Below are positions 34,367 to 47,427 of a DNA stretch of 64,000 nucleotides, in pieces (within the stretch, counting starts at the first letter, position 1; each line of letters begins with the position of its first letter). This DNA is from Fistulifera solaris. Taxonomy: Eukaryota. The translations under genes were made by a program, and so were the position numbers. The notes below the pieces were generated by a model. It saw only the letters and a list, made by a program, of their open reading frames with translations. It did no database searches and was not told the origin of the DNA. The stretch covers positions 1,922,001 to 1,986,000 of the forward strand of contig AP026162.1 of assembly GCA_030295235.1 (NCBI GenBank). The letters run 5' to 3'.

Positions 34367-35882
34367 TCAAGCGAGAAACCTGGCGCTTTCCACGGATGTT
34401 GTGCTAGTTGCACGATTGATTCCGGAAGGTTTCACCCCCGAGACACCTGTTGTCTTCTTAGTTGCCGGGTGGCTACCAAATAGATCAACTTCCTTGATTG
34501 CTGTCGGCGGTCTCGACTTGGCTGTCGCGTCTCGTGAGGACTTGTAGTCATGACCCGGTGGGTGGACATGGTGGTCCAATTGGACTGCACTATCTGCTTG
34601 CGTACAACCGAGATTGCGCACACTTCGTGCCCAGCGAGCCAACTTAGCCTTGATTCGCGACAACGTCGTTTTTCGCTTCGACCAACGTCCCAAAACAACG
34701 GTTTCTAGAGCTGAGCGGCGTTTCTCGGGATAAGTGGGTGCTGCCGAACTACTCGCGTTCTCTTCACTTGGTGGAATCAGCACGCCCCAATCTTGTGTCT
34801 CCGCCACAGCTCGGGTTCGTCCACGGTTTGCAACGACAACCACACGCGGCGTCGTGAGATCTTCGTTGGCGTCCAATAGGTCGACAGGACCGTGAGCTGG
34901 ATCCACAAGTTTGACGTTGCCCTGTTGCAATCGAGCCTCTTTGACGCGATTCAGAGTGATGACCCAGTCCTTGCAGGTTGCACGATTTTCGGCACGAAGA
35001 TAATAAAGACGACCTAAAACTTGAATGTTGAACGAACATCCCTTCTGGTCGTTCTCGTCGACAAATATTTCACCGACCTATGCAAAACGTGAGTCATCGA
35101 AAGAAAACAACCTCACATGCAAATCCACGAAACAGTACATACCTTCTCCAAATCGAGCGTGGCCAAAAGCTTCGTTCGCTTTCTCGATTTGTAATAACTG
35201 AGACACTCTCCATCCGTTTCAAACCAGCGAATTTGCCATTTCCCGTTGCGACCCAACTTTTGCAAATAACCACTAATCACAGCGCCATCCACCATATCTT
35301 CTTCTTCGTCCGATTCCTTTCCGTAACTCAATTTTCGTCTCGTATAATTCACGAAACGCGAGAATGTGCTCATGTCGGAAGGCGGTGCGTCCTTGTTTCC
35401 GGATTCGCTGGTGTTGGCGGCCGAACTCGGTTCCGTGTTTTCGTCATCATCAAAGATAGGTTGCTGCGGTGAATCATAAAAGGAAACTACCGGATCGGTG
35501 GGAGCGCGGCGCTCCGAGGTAGGGTAGGGTTGTGCGGAATTGGAAGGAGCGGAAGGCAAGGTCGGTGGGGCGGATTGAGGTATTCTCGGCAAAGCTTTCT
35601 GGTTCGGCGTAGCAGGAGCGGAATTGTTCTTTGTAAGGTTGGAAGGTAAGGAACTTCGGGTCCTGGAACGACGGGCGAGCTGGGTGCAACGACACCTTCC
35701 GCGGAACTCACGGACCCGGTGTCATGAGCTGCGGGGTCCGTCTCGAAAGGATTTTGCGGAGCAATGCGAGTACGAGGAGGTGTTACAGTCGAAACGATGT
35801 TCGCTGCGGGTACCGGTGACGACATATCTAATGCAGCAGCGGAATTCTCCGTCACTTGAAACATGGGCTTCTCCGGCGACAT
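34367..35882 (-). CDS. PH-domain protein; intron 35078-35142, frameshift near 35590
   Basis: ISGYLQKLGRNGKWQIRWFETDGECLSYYK...LDLEK|VGEI...YYLRAENRATCKDWVITLN. Confidence 0.8.
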
Positions 35883-36591
35883 TGTCTACCTATGCTTGAA
35901 AATCTGCAATAATTTATGAATTCAAAAGCGTTCCCCCCTCGTCGCAGTCCGCCGCTGCTTCTCTCAAATATTGATATGTGTTTGTTGTGCTGTGTTTCAA
36001 GATAAGTTGGATTAATAAAGAAAGAGATGGAACTGATTGAATCGTTAGGAGAACGAATGTGCTGTTTGACTGGTTCTGGTACTTTTTCGACGGTGCTGCA
36101 AATGCGAGGGGTTATCAACTCGTGCTTCGCCATTCGACATCCACATTCTCGGCAACAGAAAACCAATCAAGGCGAAGCCGAACAGGCAATTCCGTTGCAA
36201 GCACCAGCTATTGTCTTACCGGCATAATTACGTTTGGCATATACGACGTGTCGGCTAAACAAGAAAATTACTTAGTGGCCATTCGTACTCTCCGCTATAA
36301 AGTAAACGCGCACATTAAGTGGTTTCGCGCCAAGGATTTATGGAGAAGTCCTTCGGTTTCCAAAAAAACGGAGTGAAAAATCTCCGCGATCCTGTTTTGT
36401 GCGCACGCAATGCGATGATAGAGAGGCGCGGTGCAACACTCCGGAAAAGGACAATAAATCATTCAATCTGTATACTTCAACCGTTTGTCATTTGCTTCAA
36501 CTAATATATAGACTCATCCCGTTTCCCACTTTGCCGCTCACTGACGAATTTTCTTGACAATCGTCGTGTGTCCTTTTGGTTATGCCGCATC

Positions 36592-37752
36592 ATGTCTCTC
36601 AATTACGAAATACCTCACGGAGATCGACCACCCTCCTATCACAACTGGCAGTACGCGGATGAAGCAAGCTTGTATTCTATAGCGGAAGACTCCCGCGAGA
36701 ACGGGTCGGATGTATTTTCTGTGACAGAGGCGCCCGAAATTCCCGCGTTTATAATACAACCCGATGTGAAATGGGTGCAGGAGGACATTTTGCCGAAGGA
36801 GGAGGAGATTGACGGACCGAGCCACAGCGATATGAAAGGCGGTTTTCCAAGACTGCTACGCAACAAATGGATAAAGCTGGGTCTTGCTGGTTTACTTCTA
36901 CTAGTCGCTGTGCTGGCGATTGCAATTGGTGTTCGAGCATCGAACTCCGACACCAAGGCCGTGCCCGAAAGTATAGAGGTCGGAGCCGAGGCGCCGGAAG
37001 ACGTTCCAGTCGCTATTCCCGTTGCACTTCCTTCCGCTTCTCCTACTTTATCTGCAAGCTCGTCGTTTCCGACGCAGCAACCTTCCCTAGATAGTTCGGT
37101 TGTCACCGTATCCCCGACACAACTCGCACCGTACGAGTTAGCCACGCGATTCGTCACGAATGCATTGAGTGCGTGTGCCGACGCGAGTCTTCTTCAAGAC
37201 ACTACATTTCCCCAGGGGCGAATATTCGAAAAATTGGTTCTCGAACTATTGGAAGAAACAACGGTAGATGCAGATGGGTTTGTTTACTATCCATTAGACT
37301 ATGGTGATGCTTTCATTAAAGAGAAATTTGGTCTGGAAATGCTGTACGAGGCCACGAATGGGGATGCATGGAACAACAATATCAATTGGAAGACAGAAAA
37401 CGATCCTTGTGCAGGCTGGAACGGCGTTCAGAACTGCAGACCACGAAGAGAGGGTTCCTGTGGAGTCGTTGAAGTTGATTTAGGTATGCGTTTTGTTGCG
37501 CTATTTGTCTTGTATTTCTGCGGTCGATGTTCGTGTTCTAACGCATCTTATCTTTTCTCTTCAGCTTCAAATAATCTATCAGGGTATATTCCGCCGGAAT
37601 TGTGTTGCTTGCCGTGTTTGGAAATATTGAATCTTTCCGACAATTTACTGGCTGGCGATACTCCCGGGTGCTTGATGTCGGGCGTTTCCCTTACTTTAGA
37701 CAACAACATGTACTTGAACGCTGAATCAGCACAAGTAAATAGCTCACCATGA
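36592..37752 (+). CDS. Type II membrane LRR protein (diatom LRRNT_2/L-domain-like); intron 37484-37564
   Basis: TM LGLAGLLLLVAVLAIAIGV, Pro/Ser linker, LYEATNGDAW...W...C.W.GV.C cap, SNNLSGYIPPEL. Confidence 0.8.
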   Translation: MSLNYEIPHGDRPPSYHNWQYADEASLYSIAEDSRENGSDVFSVTEAPEIPAFIIQPDVKWVQEDILPKEEEIDGPSHSDMKGGFPRLLRNKWIKLGLAGLLLLVAVLAIAIGVRASNSDTKAVPESIEVGAEAPEDVPVAIPVALPSASPTLSASSSFPTQQPSLDSSVVTVSPTQLAPYELATRFVTNALSACADASLLQDTTFPQGRIFEKLVLELLEETTVDADGFVYYPLDYGDAFIKEKFGLEMLYEATNGDAWNNNINWKTENDPCAGWNGVQNCRPRREGSCGVVEVDLGMRFVALFVLYFCGRCSCSNASYLFSSASNNLSGYIPPELCCLPCLEILNLSDNLLAGDTPGCLMSGVSLTLDNNMYLNAESAQVNSSP

Positions 37753-37923
37753 GTTGTCAGACAATTGGCTCGTCGATCCTCACGGTCGCTTCCTCGATTG
37801 CGATTTTCGTCACCTTAATTCAATTGTCATGTTTGCAGCTTGACTTTGAAAATACTGGGTATATGTATTAAGAATGTGTAAACTTTTTGTCAAATAGTAA
37901 TGAACTACTAGTTGATTATTATT

Positions 37924-39309
37924 TTATAATTGTGTCACTGAATTCGACTCGAGTTCCTCAATATGACATACCGTCATCTTGAATTCCTCGGTCCACTTTT
38001 CGACATCTTTTGCAAAAGTCGCGGCCACAATCAGAGGAAATACTATAGTTGCATCTGCGGTTACCTTTACTGGCTTTGCGTTCAACCGAATCTATTAAAG
38101 CAACAGCAGCGACACTTGAGTCTTTTTCGCTAAAACAAAGGGACATAATCTTTACACTCACCTTCCCCCAGCTGATCGCCTCATCGGGACTTGCTCCACT
38201 GTCGCTTCCATCGAACTCGCTTGCCGTATTTATGTAAACAGAATAGTTCGCTCCGTTCCTCATTAAATTCGCATTGCATGTATGATGCTTGACGACACCT
38301 CCTCCCAAAATGATTTGCCCGGTACAATGACTACGAATAGCCAGATCGTTTATCAGCCGAATGTCTTCCGCAATATCCAAAACAAATCCTGGTCGCTTGT
38401 AAGAGTGAAAATAAAGCATATCACCGAAACTTCCGTCTGTCAGAGCCGGACAAAAGACGGGGATGTTATTTATCGCCGCCCAGTAGAGAACTGAATCAGG
38501 GTTATTTATTTCCTTGCCGAGACGATGAATTACTTTCGATGGAGTCCACAGAAACCGTTCCGGAAACTCTTCCTTTTGTTTGAATCCATGTTGCTCACTT
38601 GCTTTGCCCATTCCACCGAAGCGGCATCTTGTTCATCGTGCATTTTTTCAATAATTGGGGACACCCAGTCCTCGAATTTGCAATAATTATTGTTGGGAAT
38701 AAGGAGGTTACCAATGCGATTAATTCCTTTCATTCTCAGCTCCCGACCGGAAAATCGAAAGTCGCCCATAAACGTTGGCTGAAAGCATTTAATTAAATCT
38801 TCCTCTATGCCTCCCGCAGTCGTAACGATCACGTCGACCATCTTGTGTTGCACCAGAAACTTGAGACTTTCACGAACTCCACAGGATATTTGATTCGAAG
38901 TGTACGCCAAAAATATCCTGGCCCGAATTCGTTCCCGGATTTCCATCGGTTGTAAATCAGGGTCGTCATGTCCCTCCTGGAATGGCTCCTGCGAAAGACG
39001 CCATGATCGCATTTCACGGATTTGTTCGACCGCCAGTCCCAAGTTTGTCGCCTGAAAACCGGTCGTCAAAAATGACTCCATTAAGCCATCAAATATGTTT
39101 GATGAAGAGCCAGCAAAATCAAAGCCGCGGCATTGTGGAGTGTCGGCGGGAAGTGTCTGACTTTCACCCAAAACGGCAGCGGCCGAGACGCTCGGTATGT
39201 GGTGATTGGCGGTCACATTGTTATCTGCGGGGAGAGGCTTGGCCTCGAGTATATTAATTCTTCGGTCTGCTTTCTCTTCATTGAGACTTAATCCTGTCGA
39301 GAATGTCAT
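37924..39309 (-). CDS. DHPS: Deoxyhypusine synthase; intron 38092-38161, frameshift near 38580
   Basis: [77 protein letters not shown]...DATIVFPL. Confidence 0.96.
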
Positions 39310-39439
39310 GTTTTGAAGATGAATGAAAGAAGCAAGCCACTCCTTTTCAATGTTTTCTTTGTTGTCAATCTTTCCCACCAACAAACGAAAAACGTTTTCT
39401 TGGCGCTCCGTCAACCGTGCTTCCGTCAACCCGAGGATT

Positions 39440-40135
39440 CACGTAGGCGACTGTAGCCGCCGTAGGAAATTTATCTCTGCAGGGGTACCCGGATATTGAG
39501 TATTTCGCCATCATCCATTTATTGGAACTACAGCACTCAGATGTCATCGTTTCCTTGTCCACCGTATTATCTTCGTATCAGGAAGCAATAAACGCCTTCG
39601 AGTTGACAACAAAACGTTGATGGAACAAATGATGCAACGCTTCGAATGTCTACGTGATTTCACGTAGCTCTCGTAGAGAAATTTATCGACAGAGGGGATA
39701 CCCGGATATTGCGTAATTTCGATCACACCATTGTTCGCGTGTTTTGGACACCAATGTCAACAACATTTCTTTCCATCATCGCTAACACATGCCATGAAAC
39801 AATTATCGACTTTGTTTTTATCATTAACATGAAACAGTAAATTAATACAACGCTTCGAATGTCTACGCGTAGTTTACGTAGCCGCCGTAGGAAATTTATC
39901 TCTGCATGGGCACCCGGATATTGTGTTTTTCTCCGTCCACCAATTCTTGGTTTTAAAGTAGCCAGATGTCAATGTTTCCTTGTCCACCGTATTGGCTTCG
40001 TATCAGGAAGCAATCATTGCCTTCGATTTCAAAACAAAACGTTGATGGAACAAATGATGCAACGCTTCGAATGTGTACGTGATTTCACGTAGCTCTCGTA
40101 GAGAAATTTATCGACAGAGGAGAAACCCGGATGGC
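39440..40135. repeat. Degenerate ~210-bp-period repeat / ~260-bp direct duplication in the divergent DHPS-insulinase intergenic region
   Basis: The GTAG(A)GAAATTTATC...ACCCGGAT block recurs at ~39462, 39673, 39887 and 40098; 39455-39712 closely matches 39878-40133. Confidence 0.85.
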
Positions 40136-40269
40136 GAGTTTTGCGAGACAATACTACGTACACGTACAAGCATTGTTGAGAATGAATTATTGTAATGATC
40201 GTCTGGGCAGTATCATTATAAAAAGCATTAGTGAAAAAGCCCCTTTTTCGTTTTAGTGTTGAATATATC

Positions 40270-43200
40270 ATGGCGAGTAGCACCTTGGCGGTAACGGCAA
40301 AGGACATCACAAGGCTCCCTAATCCAGTGAAAGGGCAAGCCGATTGGAGAGACTATCGAACGTATCGCTTATCGAATGGCGTCACAATTTGCCTCGTACA
40401 TGATCGAGAAAGCAAAACAACAGCAGCTGCTGCTACTGTCAACGTTGGAGCCAGTGCTGATCCGCGATCTATGCCAGGTATCGCGCATTTCTGCGAACAG
40501 TAAGACCATCCAATCCTCGCGTCTTGTTCCTAGAGTCGGTCATCTCACCGTCTTCGTAGCATGCTCTTTTTAGGTAGCGAACGATACAGCGGAGAGAACG
40601 ATTACAAAGCATTCTTGGCACAGCACGGTGGTCGTTCAAATGCATCCACTTCCATGCATGGGACTACATACAAATTCGAAGTTTTGGCTCCGCACGCGGA
40701 AAAGGCGTTTGACATTTTCAGCGCGTTCTTCGTATCACCTCTTTTCACATATTCGGGTACATCGCGAGAAATTCTAGCGGTCGATTCGGAGAACGTCAAA
40801 AATTTAACCGCCGACGAAAGGCGCCGCTTGCAAGTATTGAAAGACTTGGCGGATACCGATCATTATTATTCAAAGTTTTCTACTGGAAATTCGAAAACGA
40901 TGCCGACAACAACACCAGAGGAAGTCGAGCATCTCCGAGATGTTCTCTTGGCTTTTCATGCGAAGCACTACAGACCTGATATGCTTACGGTGGTGGTAGC
41001 TGGGCCTCAATCGCTTGACGAATTGGAAAGCTGGACCATCCCTCGCCTTGCCGAAATGAAGGCGAGACCGTTTCCCGAGTCCGGCAACTCCATGACAAAA
41101 GCCGAAATCCTTGTCGAAGAAGGCGCAAACGAAGCTCCTGCTTATAGCTTTGATGAGCTTAATGCAGATAGCAGCGCATCAGTTTTTCGGTCTCCGTTTC
41201 GTCCTGATGTCCAGGGTGGACAATGGCCTATTCTAATTACAACAAAGCCTGTCCGACCTGTTCGACGCCTTGTCATGATGTTTCCCTTACCTTCCGTACA
41301 CATATTGTCGGATAGATCACCAGTGTCGGTGTTGAGCCATCTGCTGGGTCATGAAGGTCCCAACAGTCCCTTCGCTGTGCTTCAAGACGCCGGACTATTG
41401 AGTTCCTTGTCAGCCGGTCAACGCACTTCAGGCCCAGACTTTACGTTATTTCAAGTAGATATGGGATTGACGGAAAAGGGCGAAGCAAACTGGAAACAAG
41501 TGGTGGATGTCATCTTTCAGCACTGTCGTCTAATATCTGAGGAAGCCAAAAGAGTGTCCACTCCTGGGAAAGACTCAGGGACAATTTATGATGTGCAACG
41601 CATCTGGGTTGAGTCGTCTAAATTGAGAGCTATGTTCTTTCATCAAACATCTCCCGGTTCTGTTTATGAACTGGCACCAAACTTGTCGTCAAGTATCGTG
41701 AAATACGGGAGCGAAAAAGCGTTGTCTGCGGGTAGTATGCTAAACGAGACTCTTGAGACTTGTCCGTTAGAGTCCATTGCTGAGTTTTCCTCCCAATTAA
41801 CGACCGAGAACTGCATAATAGAAAGGTGTAGCCAGAGTGCGTGGGAAGAAATGGAAGAAAGAGAAAAGGCAGGTTCGATAGGTGGCACTAAACGTGTCAC
41901 AGAAAAGTGGTACGGAGTTGATTATTTCTTTTCTTCTATCACACCTGAGGACACCGAAGCATGGAATGATCGTTCGGGCGAAGCATCGTTCTTCAATGCT
42001 CGGTCTTTCCTAAAGCTACCCAGACCGAACACATTCATACCAAGATCTCTTGAGTTATCGGATGAATTACCCGAGGAGGCAAAGTTTGGCCCTCGAATCG
42101 ACAAACCGATAGAGCCTCCTCAGTTACTCGTGGATGATAAAGGAAAACGTCTTTGGCATCGATTGGATGATCGATATGCTCTGCCAAAATCGGTGATAAA
42201 GATACTTATCCGCAATGCTTCTGTAGCTCACGAAAAGTCATCGGACCGCAATCTTTGGATTCCCAGCCATGATGCAGTTGTTCATTCGACGATACTTTCG
42301 GCTATATTTTCTGAAGCCATTGCTCAGGAAATATACGACGCTGATCTTGCTGGGTCGCATGCTAGTTTGTCACTTTCGACATCTGGGATACATATCAACT
42401 GCAGTGGCTTCTCAGATCGATTGGGCGACCTTGCACTCAAGATCTTGAATGAATTTCTAGCTGGAGAGTTTCTCACCGAAAGATTTTTTCAATCCGCACA
42501 AGACCGAGTTGTGAGGAGTTTGAAAGGTTTTTTCGAGTCAAGGAGAGCCGACGCTTATGGCATTTATTATCGAGACTTTTTGTTGGCTTCCGAGGACTCG
42601 GGAGTCGAAGATGCGCTCAAAATAACAGAAGGCGCTACTCTTGACACGACTAAAGCTTACTTGCATAAACTGTTGCAGAATCCAGAAAGCTCCATTGAGT
42701 GCTTTTGCATAGGTAATGTTTCGACGAAGGATGCCTTGAATTTCTTTTCCGACGTTTGTGGTGCAATTGATACATATACTTCTTTTGGGCAGTCAAGCCG
42801 AACGGCATGGATACCCGATAGTATGGAACGGCTACTTCTTCGTCAGGACATCGAGCTTCATTTTACTAGCAGGAATCCTCAGGAAGAGAATGGTTCTGTT
42901 CTGGTCACTTTCCAATCCCCGATTCCGGGGTTTCGGGGAGATCTTCTCTCTTCTAGTGAGAGTCTCAGGAGTTCATCGTCAATCCGTCTTCTCTGTCATA
43001 TTCTAAGAGAGCCTCTTTTTGATGAGCTGAGAACAAAGCAAACGATCGGCTATGTAGTGAGTTCGTATTATGATGTTGCTCATTCAACTCTACCAGACAA
43101 TGAGCAGACACATCATCATTCTACCGTCCCCATTGATTACGTCGTAGTCAACGTGTTGAGTCGTAAACTTGCACCCCCGGATATTATAAAGCGCGTCGAT

Positions 43201-43794
43201 GAGTTTCTTCTTTCGTTCAGAAATTTGTTAGAAAACATGCCCTTGTCAGAGATTTCGCACCACAAAGATGCATTGAGTACTAAGCTGCTGAAACCAACCC
43301 AGAAACTTGGCGAAGAAGCTTCAGGCTGTTTTAACAAGATAAAACGATATGCTCCCGAGATTTTGGGGAACAAGGAATCCAGAAGGAACTCTCTCAAGTT
43401 AATACCTTGGGACAATTCTCATGCTTTAGCTGGGGCGATTCGTTCTTTAACAAGGGAAGATCTTCTTGTCACCTATGACGAACTCATGGCACCCGGAAAG
43501 CGATCGCGCATCGTTTCTTGTGTTTATGGGAAGAGTTTTCCTTTGTCTACAAACATCGAGAAGTCGTCAAGCGCCATTGTTGTGGTCAATGATTTATCAC
43601 GAATCATAGCACTTCGAAACAAGCTTCCGGTGTATGGTCCCAACGGTCGCAATGATCCGATCCGGTCGACGTCTCCCACATTTTCCTTGAACCACATAAG
43701 AGTTGCTGCAATTGGACTAGCCTCCGCAGCTGTTCTTGGGGCTTCTTGGTGTTTGCTGACATCTCGTTCAAAGAAGCTAGTAAAATGTAATTGA
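40270..43794 (+). CDS. M16A metallopeptidase (insulin-degrading enzyme/pitrilysin family); intron 40500-40559
   Basis: GIAHFCEHMLFLGS (HXXEH restored by splicing), HGGRSNAST, REILAVDSEN, LLGHEG, FDELRTKQTIGYVV. Confidence 0.95.
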
Positions 43795-43970
43795 GAGTTT
43801 GTTCTTGGGCCGTTCAGGCTCACAGTCTACTGTTAAACATACGGACTAGTAAAATCCCCCTTGTAAATGCTACGCTCACACGTTTAGAAATGCTACTATA
43901 TTCGTTTCGGGTTATGCTACGATTTTAGACTCAACCAAGGCAATCGATGGTCAGTGCTCATTTCTCGTAC

Positions 43971-46900
43971 TCAAGCCAAAGTCAAACCACTTTGTTTGAA
44001 CATACTGTCGAGCCCTGACTGCAATTTGGGGTCCATGCTTTGAAGAATGGGAGCTATGCTTTGTCGGTGGGTGGAAAGTACTGCGTGTAACGCCTTCACA
44101 AAGAAATCCTGAGGATTCTCCACTTCCTTGAATGGATCTTCGACTGCTTTGCTGGCGTAAATCAAATTGGAGAATTTGTTGTCGTAAGCTACGTCGTCGC
44201 CGATTTCGTCATGCTTGATATCAAAATGATCCTTCAATGTGGGAGAAGAGAGAATAGAGGTGGCAGCGGAAAGGGCGTCAGAAAAGGCTTGTAGCCCGCT
44301 TGCATCATTCAAAAAGACTGGCGTTTCACTGATTAGCCGCGCAAGGCTGATCACCTGTACTTTAGCTGGAACACGTTGAGTAGGAGGATCTGTCTTCAAG
44401 CGTGGGAGCCAAATTTGAATTAGAAGCATGGTGACAAGACCAGGTTGAATGTTATTGCTGCAATCGCAAAAGACGTTTCCACCAAAGCGGCCCACAAACA
44501 ATGCAAAGAAATGCGTCACATGCACCACTAGACGGGGAGTCTTGCCCTCTTGAAGTCGCGCTAAGATTAGCTTCATAATGGTCGGCAATCGAGCAGCCAT
44601 TTCTTCTTGGGGAAAGTGGATCAGCGACGAGTTCAAAAGTTCAAAAGCGCTTGCCTCTGAGCCCTTGGTGGATAACAGCTTTTGGAAAACTCCAAGAATA
44701 GGATTGAGTTGGGGTAATAACTCCGACGATGCCTTGGTGATGTAAGCCTGAACAAGACGAACAAGAGCAGGTATGTTTCCTCGTTTTTCCCAAATGTCCG
44801 GTTTCAAAAGAGGACTCCACAACTGACTGTACGCATGTCCTAGTCCAGCTTCAGCAGGCCTGTACTCGAGCAGCTGCGCAAGAATCTGGAACACATAAGG
44901 AGTGAACTCCATTACGTCTTGTTGCAAAATAGTTGTAAAGGGCTCAAAGAGTAGAGGTTCGAAACCCTCAGTCGCTTGCGGATTCATAGAGCAAACGTTC
45001 CTGACCAAAAGGGCGATCGATTCGAATACATAATGATTGAATTGAGGGTTCTGTGGGTTCTTCGAAATCCGAATCAGCACCCCGGTCAGCTTCTCAATGA
45101 CAATCTTGGTTACCGAAGTCACACTGTCTCCGGCGGTGAAGAGTACTCGCAATACACACTTCATGACATAGTCGTTCACGTCAAGCTCTTCGTTGTCAAT
45201 AATTGCGAACAAGGCAGTGAAGATTACATTCAAATGGGCTTGAATGTCGCCGCTTTCAACCACGAAACCCTTTGATACGTCCTGTGGATTCTCCCGCGTC
45301 ATTAAAATTCGTTCGATTGTGTAAGCCGAGAACGTGTGAACAACCACCACAGGAGAGCCGAGATGTCCAGTGATCATCGGTATCAATTGAAGAAGCTGAG
45401 CCTTATTAAACTGATGGCGAAACACGCTGACAAATTTTAGCGAGGTGGCCTTGACAACCGGGCGCGCGTTGTGATTCTTATCTTGCAGCTCAGGCACGAT
45501 TTGGGATTGGAAAAAATCCATTAAATTTACCCCAGGATTCAGCTCTGAAACGCCGTATGCGCTGCTTTCGGCGCGAATAGCAATGGACATCATCAAATGA
45601 ACTGCAGCATCCTTCGATACCCATTTGTTGTTAGGGTCGCTTGAGTAGTCGTTCAGCATTGCTCCGATGTGCTCCATGCAAATGGCCGTTACTTGGGTCT
45701 CAAACTTGCGACAAATCTCTTTCAAAAGATCTTGACTGCAACGACGGCGAGATTCCGAGTGGCTTCCTTCCACTTCCGTGACCAGAAATTCCCGTGGGTG
45801 GTCTTCAAAACGTTCTTCGTCACTCTCACGAAATCGCAAATTTGGAATGACTGTGTTTTTCACAATTTCCCGCAACGCCGTTTCGTCTTGAAACAATCCT
45901 CTGTGCATTTCTCTGGAGACCAACATAGTCAGGAACTTCATGCTCGAATTGGCTAGTAGATCCTGCTTTGGCAGAGGAGACACGTTTGTTAGAAGATTCC
46001 ACACGAGCTGGAGAAAACTAGGAAGGTACGGTAAGAATGGTTCCTCGTCCTTGCTCCCGTAAAGATGAAGGATTTCGATGACAGAAGAATGAAGATTGTC
46101 AAGTGGACCGGGCTCATTTTCCTCGTCAGGGTCGACTACGATCGGATTGTTGTATTTCAAATACTTAGTAAACTCCTCCATAAACTCTGCCATATGGTCT
46201 TCGAAAAACTCCGGCAAATCTTGGTAATTCAAAGAGTAGAAGATGCGACACATGATGCTCAAGCATTCAAGATAAATCTTCAACTGGGCGGCGTCGTTGG
46301 ATACTGCCTCCAACCCTTGTCCTACTTTCTTGAAAAGAGCCAAAAGCGGAACTTGGATCCCGTTCAAAGTGTAAGCAATCACAGCATAAAGAGCATCGCT
46401 GCGTTGGACGTAGCGGAAACTATTGAAAATAGAATCGGCCGTCTTGAGCACACCCATGAGAACTGTAGGATCATTCGTGTTGAATTGCTGAACGAGCTCC
46501 CCGAGCAAGTTATCCCACTTTTGAGGGTAGTCGACTTTTGCGATCAAACTAATAGACTCCGTGAGCTGCAACTGAATCTGTGGCGGTGTCGTGCACATGA
46601 GCTGAACTAGATGAGTTTTGATAGTCACTCGATCATTATCAGGAATGACGATGCCATCGTTTCCTTCCTCGCGATTGACGTCCCAGCCTTTCTTGATCAA
46701 GTTTTTGAAGTGCACGGCAGCCGCTTGACGGATGGCCACGTGCGATGCATCCGAGGCCACGAGCTGCAAAACACGCAACGGATGCCCTGGCGTGACTTGT
46801 GATGCAGTCAAGAGACTCTCGGCTAGAAATAATCAAAAATGGAAGCGATGAGAAAGCACAAACAGCAACAATCTCGACAGCGTGCCCATGTTTCGTACCT

Positions 46901-46983
46901 TGCTTGCGAGTGTTGTTGTCATGATGCAACGTTTCAGCAATCACGCGGGAAAGATCTTCGCTAGAAGTAATAAGATTCGCCAT
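43971..46983 (-). CDS. CSE1: Exportin-2 / CSE1; intron 46823-46898
   Basis: IBN_N (IRQAAAVHFKNLIK), IFYSLNYQDLPEFFEDHM, NPQFNHYVFE, EFTPYVFQ, GNIPALVRL. Confidence 0.96.
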
Positions 46984-47427
46984 GGTTATTAGAGTTACAA
47001 GATGGATTACGACCGAGTAGGATTATACTTGCGTATGAACTTTTCTTGTGATGAATGGGCACGAAATGAAGTGGCTGCGCGAAGCGAGGTGTTGAGTTTC
47101 GCTTGCCAACAATGTCTCATTGTACATTTTTTAACACATCGCTTATCCGTTGTAAGAGTTGTTTAATAAAAAGCCGTTAACGGTTAACGTTCAACAGCTT
47201 GAACGGTCGAGTATCGATGTAATGGCGCACCGGTACCAGGTACAGTTAACCTTACTGGCTAAGGTCCGTGTGTGTAAACAAAGAAAGAATTTACGTACTA
47301 GTTCTTTATGTGCATTGCAAATAAAACCTGATGATTCATCTAAAAATGCAATTAAACAAAGGAACAATATAATAAAGTAAATGGGTACACCAGAGTACCA
47401 GCTCTCAGATAAGGCATTCGATGTTTT

